Source: Eledone cirrhosa | Taxonomy: Eukaryota | Direction: 5' to 3' | Length of the DNA: 64,000 nt | Assembly (NCBI GenBank): GCA_964016885.1 | Contig: OZ024761.1 | Location: 8,184,001 to 8,248,000, forward strand | Part shown: piece after piece, positions 1 to 13,011 of the stretch | Layout: each line of letters opens with the position of its first letter | How positions within the stretch are numbered: the stretch's first letter is position 1 | Notes under the pieces: model-generated | Told to the model about the DNA's origin: nothing | Databases searched by the model: none | The model's input: only the letters and a program-made list of their open reading frames with translations | Translations under genes and position numbers: made by a program

Positions 1-58
1 CTTTTTGGATTTAGATTGGTTGGTATCGAAAGGGCTAAACTGGTGTCAATGGTATTGA

Positions 59-370
59 GGTGCATATGACTTAGTGGTAAGGGTGTTGCACTCACAATCA
101 TACTGTTGTGGGTTCAATTCCTGGGCTGGGCTGTGTATTGTGTTCGTGAGCAAAACACTTTATTTTACATTGCTCCAGTATACTCTGCTGAAAATGAGTA
201 CCAGCAGCAATAGATGGGGGCTTAATGCTGCGATTGACTGGCATCTTGTGCAGGAGGGATGGGTCTTGTACACTCAGTCACTTAACAGCATAGAAACTGG
301 GATAAGCACCAGCCTGATGACCTGGGATAAGCACCGGCCTGATGACCTTCCGGGCTTGAGACAAACTTTT
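59..370 (+). mobile_element. tRNA-derived SINE
   Basis: A-box-like gacttagtgg, B-box ggttcaattcc, body gagcaaaacactttattttacattgctccag shared with other SINEs here, tail gaaactgggataagcaccggcctgatga. Confidence 0.75.
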
Positions 371-450
371 TCAGAATGGTGTCATGGTAGTTTGATGAAA
401 CACTGGAAAGGTGTGAGGGAAGTGGACCAGAAAAGACATAGCATGCTTAC

Positions 451-562
451 CTAAACGTCGTCTCACTTTTTGAGGCAGATCGTGGGCTAACTGGACAGTG
501 TTGATAAGCTCTGAGAGGTATTTATAGTAGAGGTCACCCTGAAGGAAGCTTGGAAAGTAGAC
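451..562 (-). CDS. AKAP10: AKAP10-like exon (VYFPSFLQGDLYYKYLSELINTVQLAHDLPQKVRRRL); gene continues beyond window start
   Basis: Resembles VFLPGFLSSNLYYKYLNDLI; cttcag acceptor, gtaagc donor, phase 0-1. Confidence 0.92.
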
Positions 563-1058
563 CTGAAGACGACGAAGAGGAAGAAGAAAAAAAATAATCA
601 AAAAAGTAGCCCTATATTATTAGCATGGGAAGGGGATAGATGGATGGTTGGGTGGAGAGATGGATAGAGAAGGAGACTGAAAATTTCTTAACCTTTTCAT
701 AGGCGGTAGATTTCTAATGAAATACACTGCCTATGTGTTTTGATTAATGTTTAAAAATAATTAACAATTTACAGGAGTTTAATGAAATGGCTAAGTTTTT
801 TCGTTAGTAAACTGATATTTAGAAACATTACATAACAAAAATTTCTAATATCAAATTACAATGGAAGGTTTTTATATTAACATTAGACTGATTTGACAGA
901 GATAGAATAAGATAAGTGGAAAAATTTTCAATTTCCTCCTCCTTTCGATGTTTATTTATATATATATAGATATATGTACTGTTGTCTGTGTGTATATATA
1001 TATATAGATATATGTACTGTTGTCTGTGTGTATATATATATAGATATATGTACTGTTG

Positions 1059-1090
<32 letters not shown>

Positions 1091-1299
1091 GATATGTACT
1101 GTTGTCTGTGTGTGTATATATAGCTGTTACTATATATGTGTGTTGTGCATATATTCGTAACGGAGAATTGATCATATAGAATAGCCGTATTTATAATAAC
1201 ACAGGCTAGGAAATCGCCATTTTCATCCCACCCACCCTATATCTATCACCTTCCGGTATGCATGCCTGATGCTATACGCTAAACACACGTGCACATAGC

Positions 1300-4200
1300 A
1301 CATTAAACCAAGTTCCGTTCAGCGCAGACATGGGGCAGACGGAGGCTCCGTAATCCGTAGCATTGGCAACCTGTCTAGGAGAGCTACCACTCCGAATAAA
1401 TTGGTGCGGGGGTAGAAAAGTCCCCTAAGTCCAGTAAGATAACTTCCCTAGTGCTGCTGGCATGAATAAAAGCACCCAGTTCATGCTGTAAAATGGAGGG
1501 ATGGATAGGGTCCTGAGTCCAGCAAGACGACCTCTCTAGTGCTGGTGGCACGAATAAAAGCACCTAGTCCAAGCTATAAAATGGAGGGGTAGAGAGGGCC
1601 CCTGAGTCCAGTAAGACAACCTCTCTAGTGCTGGTGGCACGAATAAAAGCACCTAGTCCAAGCTATAAAATGGAGGGGTAGAGAGGGCCCCTGAGTCCAG
1701 TAAGACAACCTCTCTAGTGCTGGTGGCACGAATAAAAGCACCCAGTCCATGCTGTAAAGTGGTGCTGGTGTTAGGAAGGGCATCCAACCAGTATATATAC
1801 TACTGCCAAAAACTATGAGTACAACATGAGAATTGCAACAACTGCGTAAACAGCAAAAACACTAACCATGTTAGGGCTGCGTACGGTAGTGGGGTGGCTG
1901 GTGTGGCCATGTGTGAGAACCCCCCGACCGCCATCAAGCAATCGCACAACAGGAACAAGAATATGAATACGTCGCATCTCAGACTTGCCACACTTAATGT
2001 TGGCACTCTAACAGGTAGATCTGGTGAGATCTGCCCCTGCAAGACTAATCGCAGGCAAACATCTTAGTTATAAGCTTTTCTGGGTGGGTAATGATGATGG
2101 GTTAGGTGGGGTGGGCATATTACTGGCTGAGAGATGGATCGATAAGACAATAGAGGTAGTTAGAGTTAGTAATCGAATAATTAAGCTTAGATTAGTTGTA
2201 GGCAAGAGACTGCTGACAATCATCTCTGCCTATGCTCCCCAGGCAGGTCTAAGTAAAGAAGAGAAAGACTGCTTTTACGAGCAACTTTTACAAACAGCTG
2301 TAATGACAGAGGACGGAGACATTGTTATGCTAGCAGAAGACTTCAATGGTCATGTTGGACAGCTCCAGGATGGTTACACTGCGGTACATGGTGGGTGCGG
2401 TTACAGCTCAAGAAATGAAGAAGGAGTGAGACTTCTTGAATTTTGTGATGCAAGTACACTTACTATTTGCAACACAAACTTCCAGAAACCTATCAACCAC
2501 CTAATAACCTACAAATCAGGCGATCACATAAGCCAGATTCATTTTTTGCTAGATAGGCAGTGGGACAGACAGATGGTGTCAAATACCAAGGCATACCCTG
2601 GGGAAGAATGTACCCCACAGCATAGGTTAGTCGTTAGTGATATCTCAGTAAGCAAGAGTCGGAATGAGACATACAGGAAGGTGAGGAGAAGAAAGGTCTG
2701 GAAGCTAAAAGATCTTTCACTAAAATACAAATTTAGGAAAGCTCTTCAAGATGTGAATGATGAAAAAGACGATTTAGAGTCGTATGACATAGATGATAAC
2801 TGGAATTTCTTATGTGACAACTTACTGCAGGCTGCTGAAGACATTTGTGGCTGGAGCAGAGCTCCAACCAGACAGAGAGTGACCTGGTGGTGGAACAGTA
2901 CGGTAGATAGGGCCATTAGAGACAAAAGACTAGCACGGAACGCTTGGGAAAATGGTGGGAGTAGAGAAGGATATACAGCCGCTAAGAGAAAAGCTAGACG
3001 TCAGGTGTACTTAGCACGCAAGGAAGCTGAGAGTAGGAGGTTTGCCAATGTTCTGCGACGGGAAGATCAGAGACAGGCGGGGTTCTGCATTGCAAGGCAG
3101 TGTGTCAATGCAAATCAGGATGTTGTTGGAGATAAGTGTGTCCAGAATGATGCTGGTGTACTTGGTGTCATGAATGATCGGAAAAGTGGAAGATAGACGT
3201 TAAACGATGATGATGATGATGATGATGATGATGAGAGACTGTTGAATGTGGAGAACGAATGGGACAGGAGAAATTACCCCCCAGAAGACCCAACAGAGGG
3301 ACCGGCTATTGAGATTGACGAATATAGGGTCCAAGAGGCAATTAAGGAAATGAAAAATGGTACGGCCGCTGGACCATCAGAGATAGTTGCTGAAATGCTG
3401 AAGGCATCAAGAGAAGTAGGCACTAAACTAGTTGCACGCATCATCAATCAAACTATATATGGTGGTGTCGTACCCGAAGACTGGTGCAGCAGTATTCTCA
3501 TAAATTGCTGCAAAGGTAAAGGGGATGCTCTGGAGAGGAGCAATTATAGGGGATAATGTTGATGGATCAGGTTATGAAAGTGGCAGAAAGGATATTAGCA
3601 CAACTAATTAGAGAAAGGGTCAAACTAGATGAGATGCAGTTTGATTTTGTGCCTGGGAAAAGTACAACAGATGCGCTCTTCTTAGTGAGACACCTACAAG
3701 AGAGGTTCTTAGAGAAGAATAAGCAACTATACTTAGCTTTTGTTGACCTAGAGAAGGCCTTTGATAGGGTACCCCGATCTGTCATCTGGTGGTCCCTAAG
3801 GAAACTAGGTGTAGAGGAATGGCTTGTGAGGACAGTACAATCTATGTACAAAGGTGCTGTCAGTAAAGTGAGAATAGGAATGGAGTTTAGTGAGGAATTC
3901 CAGATACAAGTAGGCGTACATCAGGATTCGATCCTCAGCCCGCCCTTGTTCATTATAGTCCTCAAAGCCATAACAGAGGAGTTTAAGACTGGCTGTCTAT
4001 GGGAACTTCTCTATGCTGACTATCTGGTTCTTATAGCAGAATCAGTAGAGGAGCTAGAGAAGAGAATCTGGCTATGGAAACAGCAGTTGGAATCAAGAGG
4101 ACTGAGAGTGAACCTAGCTAAGACAAAAGTGTTGATAAGTGGGAAAGAGGACAAAACTTTGATTCCATCAGGGAAATGGCCATGTTCAATATGTAGAAAA

Positions 4201-5010
4201 GGAACTGGCATAAATTTTATAAAATGTACGCAATGCAGATCTTGGGTACACAAGAGATGTAGTGGGATAGCAGGCACACTAACAGGTAGGGAAAACTATG
4301 TATGCAGTAGATGTAGAGGGAAAGTTGGCAGTAGTAATCACAGTGATAGACACATTTTTCCAATGCAGGTGGGTTCTATAGAAGTGGTTGATAGCTTCCG
4401 GTACCTAGGTGATCAGATTAGCATGGGAGGGGGTGTTCCGAGGCCATAGTATCTAGAATAAGGACGGGTTGGAAGAAGTTTAGGGAGCTGCTTCTTCTGT
4501 TGACAAAGAAGGGTTGTCCCTGCGTACGAAAGGCCAGTTATATGATGCCTGTGTGAGATGCGCGATGCTGCATGGTAGTGAGACATGGGCAGCAATTGCA
4601 GAAGATATGCGACGGTTGGAGAGAAATGAAGTAAGTATGCTCCGTTGGATGTGCAATGTCAATGTGCGTGAACGACCAAGCATCATAGATGAGTTGAGAG
4701 AGAAACTGGGTATAAGAGGGATAAGTTGTGGTGTGCAGGAGAGAAGACTGAGATGGTATGGACATGTGATGCGCATAGAGGATGACCGTTGGGTAAAGAA
4801 GTGCCAAGAAATGCCGGTAGAAGGAAGACGCAGTAGAGGAAGACCACGAAAAACATGGGCGGAGGTGGTGAGAGCAGACCTCAGATCGTTGAAGCTCACG
4901 GAGGAGATGACGAAGGACCGTGACAAGTGGAGAGATGCTGTGCTGAATAGGACCCGTCCCACCCTTGCAAGCAGAGAAAAGCGGACGTAAAATGAGGATG
5001 ATAATGATTA
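1300..5010 (+). mobile_element. Near full-length degenerate RTE-clade LINE (APE endonuclease + RT + Cys/His finger), family 1; 5' boundary approximate
   Basis: ATLNVGTL, SAYAPQ, DFNGHVG endonuclease motifs; AFVDLEKAFDRVPR, GVHQDS, LLYAD RT motifs; RGRPRKTW C-terminus; (ATG)n-like tail; frameshifts and stops. Confidence 0.93.
1425..1765 (+). repeat. About 90-bp tandem monomers in LINE 5' UTR (about 4 copies)
   Basis: cctgagtccagtaagacaacctctctagtgctggtggcacgaataaaagcacc repeated. Confidence 0.85.
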
Positions 5011-5364
5011 TAAACATCTTAAAATGAGCAGTTTTCTATGATAAACCCAGGGCAGTTACAGTCAGGTTTAATGCTGGAAATTTGGCTGTTGCTGTTTCTA
5101 ACAGTTCAATTGACCACATAGAGACTCCCCTGTTGTCTTAAGAAGTTTCATCACATTGTTTCAGATTTGAAAAAAAACACAGGAAAGACGGAAAAGGGGG
5201 AGGGGATTAATGACCTGAAAAATTAATGGACTGGAGAATTAATGGCCTGAAAAATTAATGGACTGGAGAATTGATGGCCTGAAAAATTAATGGCCTGGTA
5301 ATTAATTGCTTGGAAATTAATGGTCAATAAATTAATGGACTCAAAATAAAGGAGCTAAACATAC

Positions 5365-5509
5365 TTTTTCAATGACACGAAGCACCAAGGTTTTCGGTTT
5401 AGCAAAACAGTCCGGTAGGGGCCCATCCACCCGACATATGTTGCTTTCTACTTCCAAACGAATAGCATCATCAAAGCCCAATGGTTCTGTTGCTTGTAAG
5501 GAGAAATAC
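5365..5509 (-). CDS. AKAP10: AKAP10-like exon, RGS2 (YFSLQATEPLGFDDAIRLEVESNICRVDGPLPDCF...IEK)
   Basis: Resembles YFSLQATHPLGFDDVVRLEIESNICREGGPLPNCF; ttcttcag acceptor, gtatgt donor, phase 2-0. Confidence 0.95.
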
Positions 5510-5899
5510 CTGAAGAATATAATAGCAAGTGTTTGAAAAATTTGGTGGTGGTAGTGGTGGGGAGGTGGGGATGGAGCTTTCAAAGAATTAACAAAAACAG
5601 TTACATGCATGTGTCTGAGTGATTGAATGTGTGTGTGTATGTGTGTCTGAGTGAATGTGTGTGTGTATGTGTGTGTGTGAATGTGTGTGTGTATGAATGT
5701 GTGTGTGTATGAATGTGTGTGTGAATGTATGTGCGAGTGATGTGAGTGAATGTGTGTGTGTGTGTGTGCTAGTGAATGTGTGTGAGGGAAGGGGGAAGAA
5801 AGAAAGAGGGGGCAATATTCAACAGCTTCCCCAAACCCTACAAAATTCTGTTTTTTCCAGCTGAAATGATGCAACAGACTTTGTTCTGACCAAGTCTCA

Positions 5900-8800
5900 G
5901 TCTGACCAGGTCACTGTAACTAGAGAAAGTCTGACTAGGTCACTGTAACTAGAGAAAGTCTGACCAGGTCACTAATCAGAGTCACAATCTGACCAGGTCA
6001 CTGTAACTAGAGAAAGTCTGACCAGGTCACTGTAACTAGAGAAAGTCTGACCAGGTCACTAATCAGAGTCACAGTCTGACCAGGTCACTGTAACTAGAGA
6101 AAGTCTGACCAGGTCACTGTAACCAGAGTCACAGTCTGACCAGGTCACTGTAACTAGAGAAAGTCTGACCAGGCCACTGTAACCAGAGTCACAGTCTGAC
6201 CAGGTCACTGTAACTAGAGAAAGTCTGACCAGGTCACTGTAACTAGAGAAAGTCTGACCAGGTCACTAATCAGAGTCACAGTCTGACTAGGTCACTGTAA
6301 CTAGAGAAAGTCTGACCAGGTCACTGTAACCAGAGTCACAGTCTGACCAGGTCACTGTAACTAGAGAAAGTCTGACCAGGTCACTGTAACTAGAGAAAGT
6401 CTGACCAGGTCACTAATCAGAGTCACAGTCTGACTAGGTCACTGTAACTAGAGAAAGTCTGACCAGGCCACTGTAACTAGAGAAAGTCTGACCAGGTCAC
6501 TGTAACTAGAGAAAGTCTGACCAGGTCACTAATCAGAGTCACAGTCTGACCAGGTCACTGTAACTAGAGAAAGTCTGACCAGGTCACTGTAATCAGAGTC
6601 ACAGTCTGACCAGGTCACTGTAACTAGAGAAAGTCTGACCAGGTCACTGTAATCAGAGTCACAGTCTGACCAGGTCACTGTAACTAGAGAAAGTCTGACT
6701 AGGTCACTGTAACTAGAGAAAGTCTGACCAGGTCACTAATCAGAGTCACAGTCTGACCAGGTCACTGTAACTAGAGAAAGTCTGACCAGGTCACTGTAAT
6801 CAGAGTCACAGTCTGACCAGGTCACTGTAACTAGAGAAAGTCTGACCAGGTCACTAATCAGAGTCACAGTCTGACTAGGTCACTGTAACTAGAGAAAGTC
6901 TGACCAGGTCACTGTAACCAGAGTCACAGTCTGACTGACTAGGTCACTGTAACTAGAGAAAGTCTGACCAGGTCACTGTAACTAGAGAAAGTCTGACCAG
7001 GTCACTGTAACTAGAGAAAGTCTGACCAGGTCACTGTAACTAGAGAAAGTCTGACCAGGTCACTGTAACCAGAGTCACAGTCTGACTAGGTCACTGTAAC
7101 TAGAGAAAGTCTGACCAGGTCACTGTAACTAGAGAAAGTCTGACCAGGTCACTGTAACTAGAGAAAGTCTGACCAGGTCACTGTAACTAGAGAAAGTCTG
7201 ACCAGGTCACTGTAATCAGAGTCACAGTCTGACTAGGTCACTGTAACTAGAGAAAGTCTGACCAGGTCACTGTAACTAGAGAAAGTCTGACCAGGTCACT
7301 GTAACCAGAGTCACAGTCTGACTAGGTCACTGTAACTAGAGAAAGTCTGACCAGGTCACTGTAACCAGAGTCACAGTCTGACTAGGTCACTGTAACTAGA
7401 GAAAGTCTGACCAGGTCACTGTAACCAGAGTCACAGTCTGACTAGGTCACTGTAACTAGAGAAAGTCTGACCAGGTCACTAACCAGAGTCACAGTCTGAC
7501 TAGGTCACTGTAACTAGAGAAAGTCTGACTAGGTCACTGTAACTAGAGAAAGTCTGACCAGGTCACTGTAACTAGAGAAAGTCTGACCAGGTCACTAACC
7601 AGAGTCACAGTCTGACTAGGTCACTGTAACTAGAGAAAGTCTGACCAGGTCACTGTAACTAGAGAAAGTCTGACCAGGTCACTGTAACTAGAGAAAGTCT
7701 GACCAGGTCACTGTAACTAGAGAAAGTCTGACCAGGTCACTAACCAGAGTCACAGTCTGACTAGGTCACTGTAACTAGAGAAAGTCTGACTAGGTCACTG
7801 TAACTAGAGAAAGTCTGACCAGGTCACTGTAACTAGAGAAAGTCTGACCAGGTCACTGTAACTAGAGAAAGTCTGACCAGGTCACTGTAATCAGAGTCAC
7901 AGTCTGACCAGGTCACTGTAACTAGAGAAAGTCTGACCAGGTCACTGTAACTAGAGAAAGTCTGACCAGGTCACTGTAATCAGAGTCATAGTCTGACTAG
8001 GTCACTGTAACTAGAGAAAGTCTGACCAGGTCACTGTAACTAGAGAAAGTCTGACCAGGTCACTGTAACTAGAGAAAGTCTGACCAGGTCACTGTAACTA
8101 GAGAAAGTCTGACCAGGTCACTGTAACTAGAGAAAGTCTGACCAGGTCACTGTAACTAGAGAAAGTCTGACCAGGTCACTGTAATCAGAGTCACAGTCTG
8201 ACTAGGTCACTGTAACTAGAGAAAGTCTGACCAGGTCACTGTAACTAGAGAAAGTCTGACCAGGTCACTGTAACCAGAGTCACAGTCTGACTAGGTCACT
8301 GTAACTAGAGAAAGTCTGACCAGGTCACTGTAACTAGAGAAAGTCTGACCAGATCACTGTAATCAGAGTCACAGTCTGACTAGGTCACTGTAACTAGAGA
8401 AAGTCTGACCAGGTCACTATAACTAGAGAAAGTCTGACCAGGTCACTGTAATCAGAGTCACAGTCTGACTAGGTCACTGTAACTAGAGAAAGTCTGACCA
8501 GGTCACTGTAATCAGAGTCACAGTCTGACTAGGTCACTGTAACTAGAGAAAGTCTGACTAGGTCACTGTAACTAGAGAAAGTCTGACCAGGTCACTGTAA
8601 TCAGAGTCACAGTCTGACTAGGTCACTGTAACTAGAGAAAGTCTGACCAGGTCACTATAACTAGAGAAAGTCTGACCAGGTCACTGTAATCAGAGTCACA
8701 GTCTGACTAGGTCACTGTAACTAGAGAAAGTCTGACCAGGTCACTGTAACTAGAGAAAGTCTGACCAGGTCACTGTAACCAGAGTCACAGTCTGACTAGG

Positions 8801-11800
8801 TCACTGTAACTAGAGAAAGTCTGACCAGGTCACTGTAACTAGAGAAAGTCTGACCAGGTCACTGTAACCAGAGTCACAGTCTGACTAGGTCACTGTAACT
8901 AGAGAAAGTCTGACCAGGTCACTATAACTAGAGAAAGTCTGACCAGGTCACTGTAATCAGAGTCACAGTCTGACTAGGTCACTGTAACTAGAGAAAGTCT
9001 GACTAGGTCACTGTAACTAGAGAAAGTCTGACCAGGTCACTGTAACTAGAGAAAGTCTGACCAGGTCACTGTAACTAGAGAAAGTCTGACCAGGTCACTG
9101 TAATCAGAGTCACAGTCTGACTAGGTCACTGTAACTAGAGAAAGTCTGACCAGGTCACTGTAACTAGAGAAAGTCTGACTAGGTCACTGTAATCAGAGTC
9201 ACAGTCTGACTAGGTCACTGTAACTAGAGAAAGTCTGACCAGGTCACTGTAACTAGAGAAAGTCTGACCAGGTCACTGTAATCAGAGTCACAGTCTGACC
9301 AGGTCACTGTAACTAGAGAAAGTCTGACCAGGTCACTGTAATCAGAGTCACAGTCTGACCAGGTCACTGTAACTAGAGAAAGTCTGACCAGGTCACTGTA
9401 ACTAGAGAAAGTCTGACCAGGTCACTGTAATCAGAGTCACAGTCTGACCAGGTCACTGTAACTAGAGAAAGTCTGACCAGGTCACTGTAATCAGAGTCAC
9501 AGTCTGACTAGGTCACTGTAACTAGAGAAAGTCTGACCAGGTCACTGTAATCAGAGTCACAGTCTGACTAGGTCACTGTAACTAGAGAAAGTCTGACCAG
9601 GTCACTATAACTAGAGAAAGTCTGACCAGGTCACTAATCAGAGTCACAGTCTGACTAGGTCACTGTAACTAGAGAAAGTCTGACCAGGTCACTGTAATCA
9701 GAGTCACAGTCTGACTAGGTCACTGTAACTAGAGAAAGTCTGACCAGGTCACTGTAACTAGAGAAAGTCTGACCAGGTCACTGTAATCAGAGTCACAGTC
9801 TGACTAGGTCACTGTAACTAGAGAAAGTCTGACCAGGTCACTGTAATCAGAGTCACAGTCTGACCAGGTCACTGTAACTAGAGAAAGTCTGACCAGGTCA
9901 CTGTAATCAGAGTCACAGTCTGACTAGGTCACTGTAACTAGAGAAAGTCTGACCAGGTCACTGTAATCAGAGTCACAGTCTGACTAGGTCACTAACTAGA
10001 GAAAGTCTGACCAGGTCACTGTAACTAGAGAAAGTCTGACCAGGTCACTGTAATCAGAGTCATAGTCTGACTAGGTCACTGTAACTAGAGAAAGTCTGAC
10101 CAGGTCACTGTAACTAGAGTCAGTCTCACCAGGTCACTGTAACCAGAGTCAGTCTAACCAGGTCACTGTAACTAGAGTTAGTCTGACCAGGTCACTGTAA
10201 TCAGAGTCAGTCTAACTAGGTCACTAACTAGAGTCACAGTCTAACCAGGTCACTGTAACTAGAGTCACAGTCTAACCAGGTCACTGTAACTAGAGTCAGT
10301 CTAACCAGGTCACTGTAACTAGTCACAGTCTAACCAGGTCACTGTAATCAGAGTTAGTCTCACCAGGTCACTGTAACTAGAGTCACAGTCTCACCAGGTC
10401 ACTGTAACTAGAGTCAGTCTCACCAGGTCACTGTAACTAGAGTTAGTCTCACCAGGTCACTGTAACCAGAGTCAGTCTAACCAGGTCACTGTAACTAGAG
10501 TCACAGTCTAACCAGGTCACTGTAACTAGAGTCACAGTCTAACCAAGTCACTGTAACTAGAGTCACAGTCTAACCAGGTCACTGTAACTAGAGTTAGTCT
10601 AACCAGGTCACTGTAACTAGAGTCACAGTCTAACCAGGTCACTGTAACTAGAGTTAGTCTAACCAGGTCACTGTAACTAGACTCACAGTCTAACCAGGTC
10701 ACTGTAACTAGAGTCACAGTCTGACCAGGTCACTGTAAGTAGAGTCAGTCTGACCAGGTCACTGTAACTAGAGTCACATTCTAACCAGGTCACTGTAACT
10801 AGAGTGAGTCTAACCAGGTCACTGTAACTAGAGTCAGTCTAACCAGGTCACTGTAACTAGAGTCAGTCTAACCAGGTCACTGTAACTAGAGTCAGTCTAA
10901 CCAGGTCACTGTAACCAGAGTCAGTCTAACCAGGTCACTGTAACTAGAGTCACAGTCTAACCAGATCACTGTAACTAGAGTCACAGTCTAACCAGGTCAC
11001 TGTAACTAGAGTCACAGTCTGACCAGGTCACTGTAACTAGAGTCACAGTCTGACCAGGTCACTGTAACTAGAGTTAGTCTAACCAGGTCACTGTAACTAG
11101 AGTCACAGTCTAACCAGGTCACTGTAAGTAGAGTCAGTCTGACCAGGTCACTGTAACTAGAGTCACAGTCTGACCAGGTCACTGTAACTAGAGTCACAGT
11201 CTGACCAGGTCACTGTAACTAGAGTTACAGTCTAACCAGGTCACTGTAACTCGTCACAGTCTAACCAGGTCACTGTAACTAGAGTCACAGTCTGACCAGG
11301 TCACTGTAACTAGAGTTACAGTCTAACCAGGTCACTGTAACTAGTCACAGTCTAACCAGGTCACTGTAACTAGAGTCACAGTCTGACCAGGTCACTGTAA
11401 CTAGAGTTACAGTCTAACCAGGTCACTGTAACTAGTCACAGTCTAACCAGGTCACTGTAACTAGAGTCACAGTCTGACCAGGTCACTGTAACTAGAGTCA
11501 CAGTCTGACCAGGTCACTGTAACTAGAGTCACAGTCTGACCAGGTCACTGTAACTAGTTACAGTCTAACCAGGTCACTGTAACTAGTCACAGTCTAACCA
11601 GGTCACTGTAACTAGAGTGACAGTCTGACCAGGTCACTGTAACTAGAGTCAGTCTGACCAGGTCACTGTAACTAGAGTCACAGTCTGACCAGGTCACTGT
11701 AACTAGAGTCACAGTCTGACCAGGTCACTGTAACTAGAGTCACAGTCTAACCAGGTCACTGTAACTAGAGTTACAGTCTAACCAGGTCACTGTAACTAGA

Positions 11801-11833
11801 GTGAGTCTAACCAGGTCACTGTAACTAGAGTTA
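5900..11833. repeat. About 5.9-kb intronic minisatellite of 29/31-bp units
   Basis: ctgaccaggtcactgtaactagagaaagt and ctgaccaggtcactgtaatcagagtcacagt variants, roughly 200 units. Confidence 0.98.
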
Positions 11834-11989
11834 CACTCTCTCGCTCTCTCTGAGACTCTCTAACACCCACACACACACACTCTCATTCACTCTCTCTCTC
11901 TCTGACACACACACACGCACACACACACTTCAACATGTAAAAAAAAAAAAAAAGGACAACCAAGAAAACTAAGGCCAACCAGTACATAC

Positions 11990-12126
11990 TTGTCATAGAG
12001 GACCATAGCATCTTCCTGAGCTTGGAGTCCATCATAACATCCTAGAGCTAATGACAGATGTTGTTGGAAATTCTCAGCAGCCATCCAAAACTGAAACAGT
12101 GGCACTGCACCTTCTTGCTCCATAAA
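11990..12126 (-). CDS. AKAP10: AKAP10-like exon, RGS2 (FMEQEGAVPLFQFWMAAENFQQHL...AQEDAMVLYDK)
   Basis: Resembles LQFWLAADNFQ...AQNDAMILYDK; ttacag acceptor, gtatgt donor, phase 0-2. Confidence 0.95.
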
Positions 12127-12142
12127 CTGTAAATATATATAT

Positions 12143-12327
12143 AATTGTTTCTACTTTAGGCACAAGGCCAGCAATTATCCCAGTGTACTACAGGTACTTT
12201 ATTTTATCGACCCCGTAAGGAAGAAAGGCAAAGTTAACCTCGGCGGGATTTGAACTCAGATCGTAAGGGGGCGTAATTACACTGGAAAGCATGTCTGACC
12301 CTCTACCGATACTGCCAATTCACCCCA
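12143..12327 (-). mobile_element. tRNA-derived SINE family C (ggttgactttgcctttcatccttacggggtcgataaa core)
   Basis: Reverse complement of the copies at 20.9 and 55.5 kb. Confidence 0.8.
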
Positions 12328-13011
12328 CTGTAAATATTAATAATGTCCCTTGAATTTTAGAAAGATTTTCTGAGATAAGAATCAGAGTGTGTGTGACAAA
12401 ACACCAGTATGACTGCATCATATTGTATATGTGTTAGGAAGGGCATGTGACAAAACACCACTATGACTGCATCATATTGTATATGTGTTAGGAAGGGCAT
12501 GTGACAAAACACCACAATGACTGCATCACATTGTATATGTGTTAGGAAGGGCATCCAGCTGTAGAAAACCTGCCAGAGACAGTTCTGTACGAGCGAAACA
12601 CGGTCTCCCAACCAATCCCACATCAAATGGAACAAAACCGTCTAACCCATGCTATCGTGGAAGATGGACATTAAATGATGATGATGATGATATAGTTATA
12701 TCCTTACTTTAGCAAGGACAGAAGCGACCCTAACCATGCAATCATAAAACAGCATGCAGGAGTCTGAACGAAAGGACAATTAATCTTAAAAAGAAATGTT
12801 TTTCAAATCTAAACATGGAGAAAGCAAGCTCTGCTGAACACCAACCTTTTGTACATGTTTTAAAGATCCCTCTTTTTTATATACAAGGTGCATTTTCTTT
12901 TATTATCTTTTTCCTTATATATATATGTATCTATGAATGGGTCAGGACCCCAACGCCTGAGCTCTTGCCGTCTCAACAGCTCGTTCCAGACTGATTCTTA
13001 TATATATAAAG

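Noticed and set aside
290-350. GAAA...CTGATGA as a hammerhead
   Set aside because: No UH site or stem I between the boxes; it is a SINE tail.
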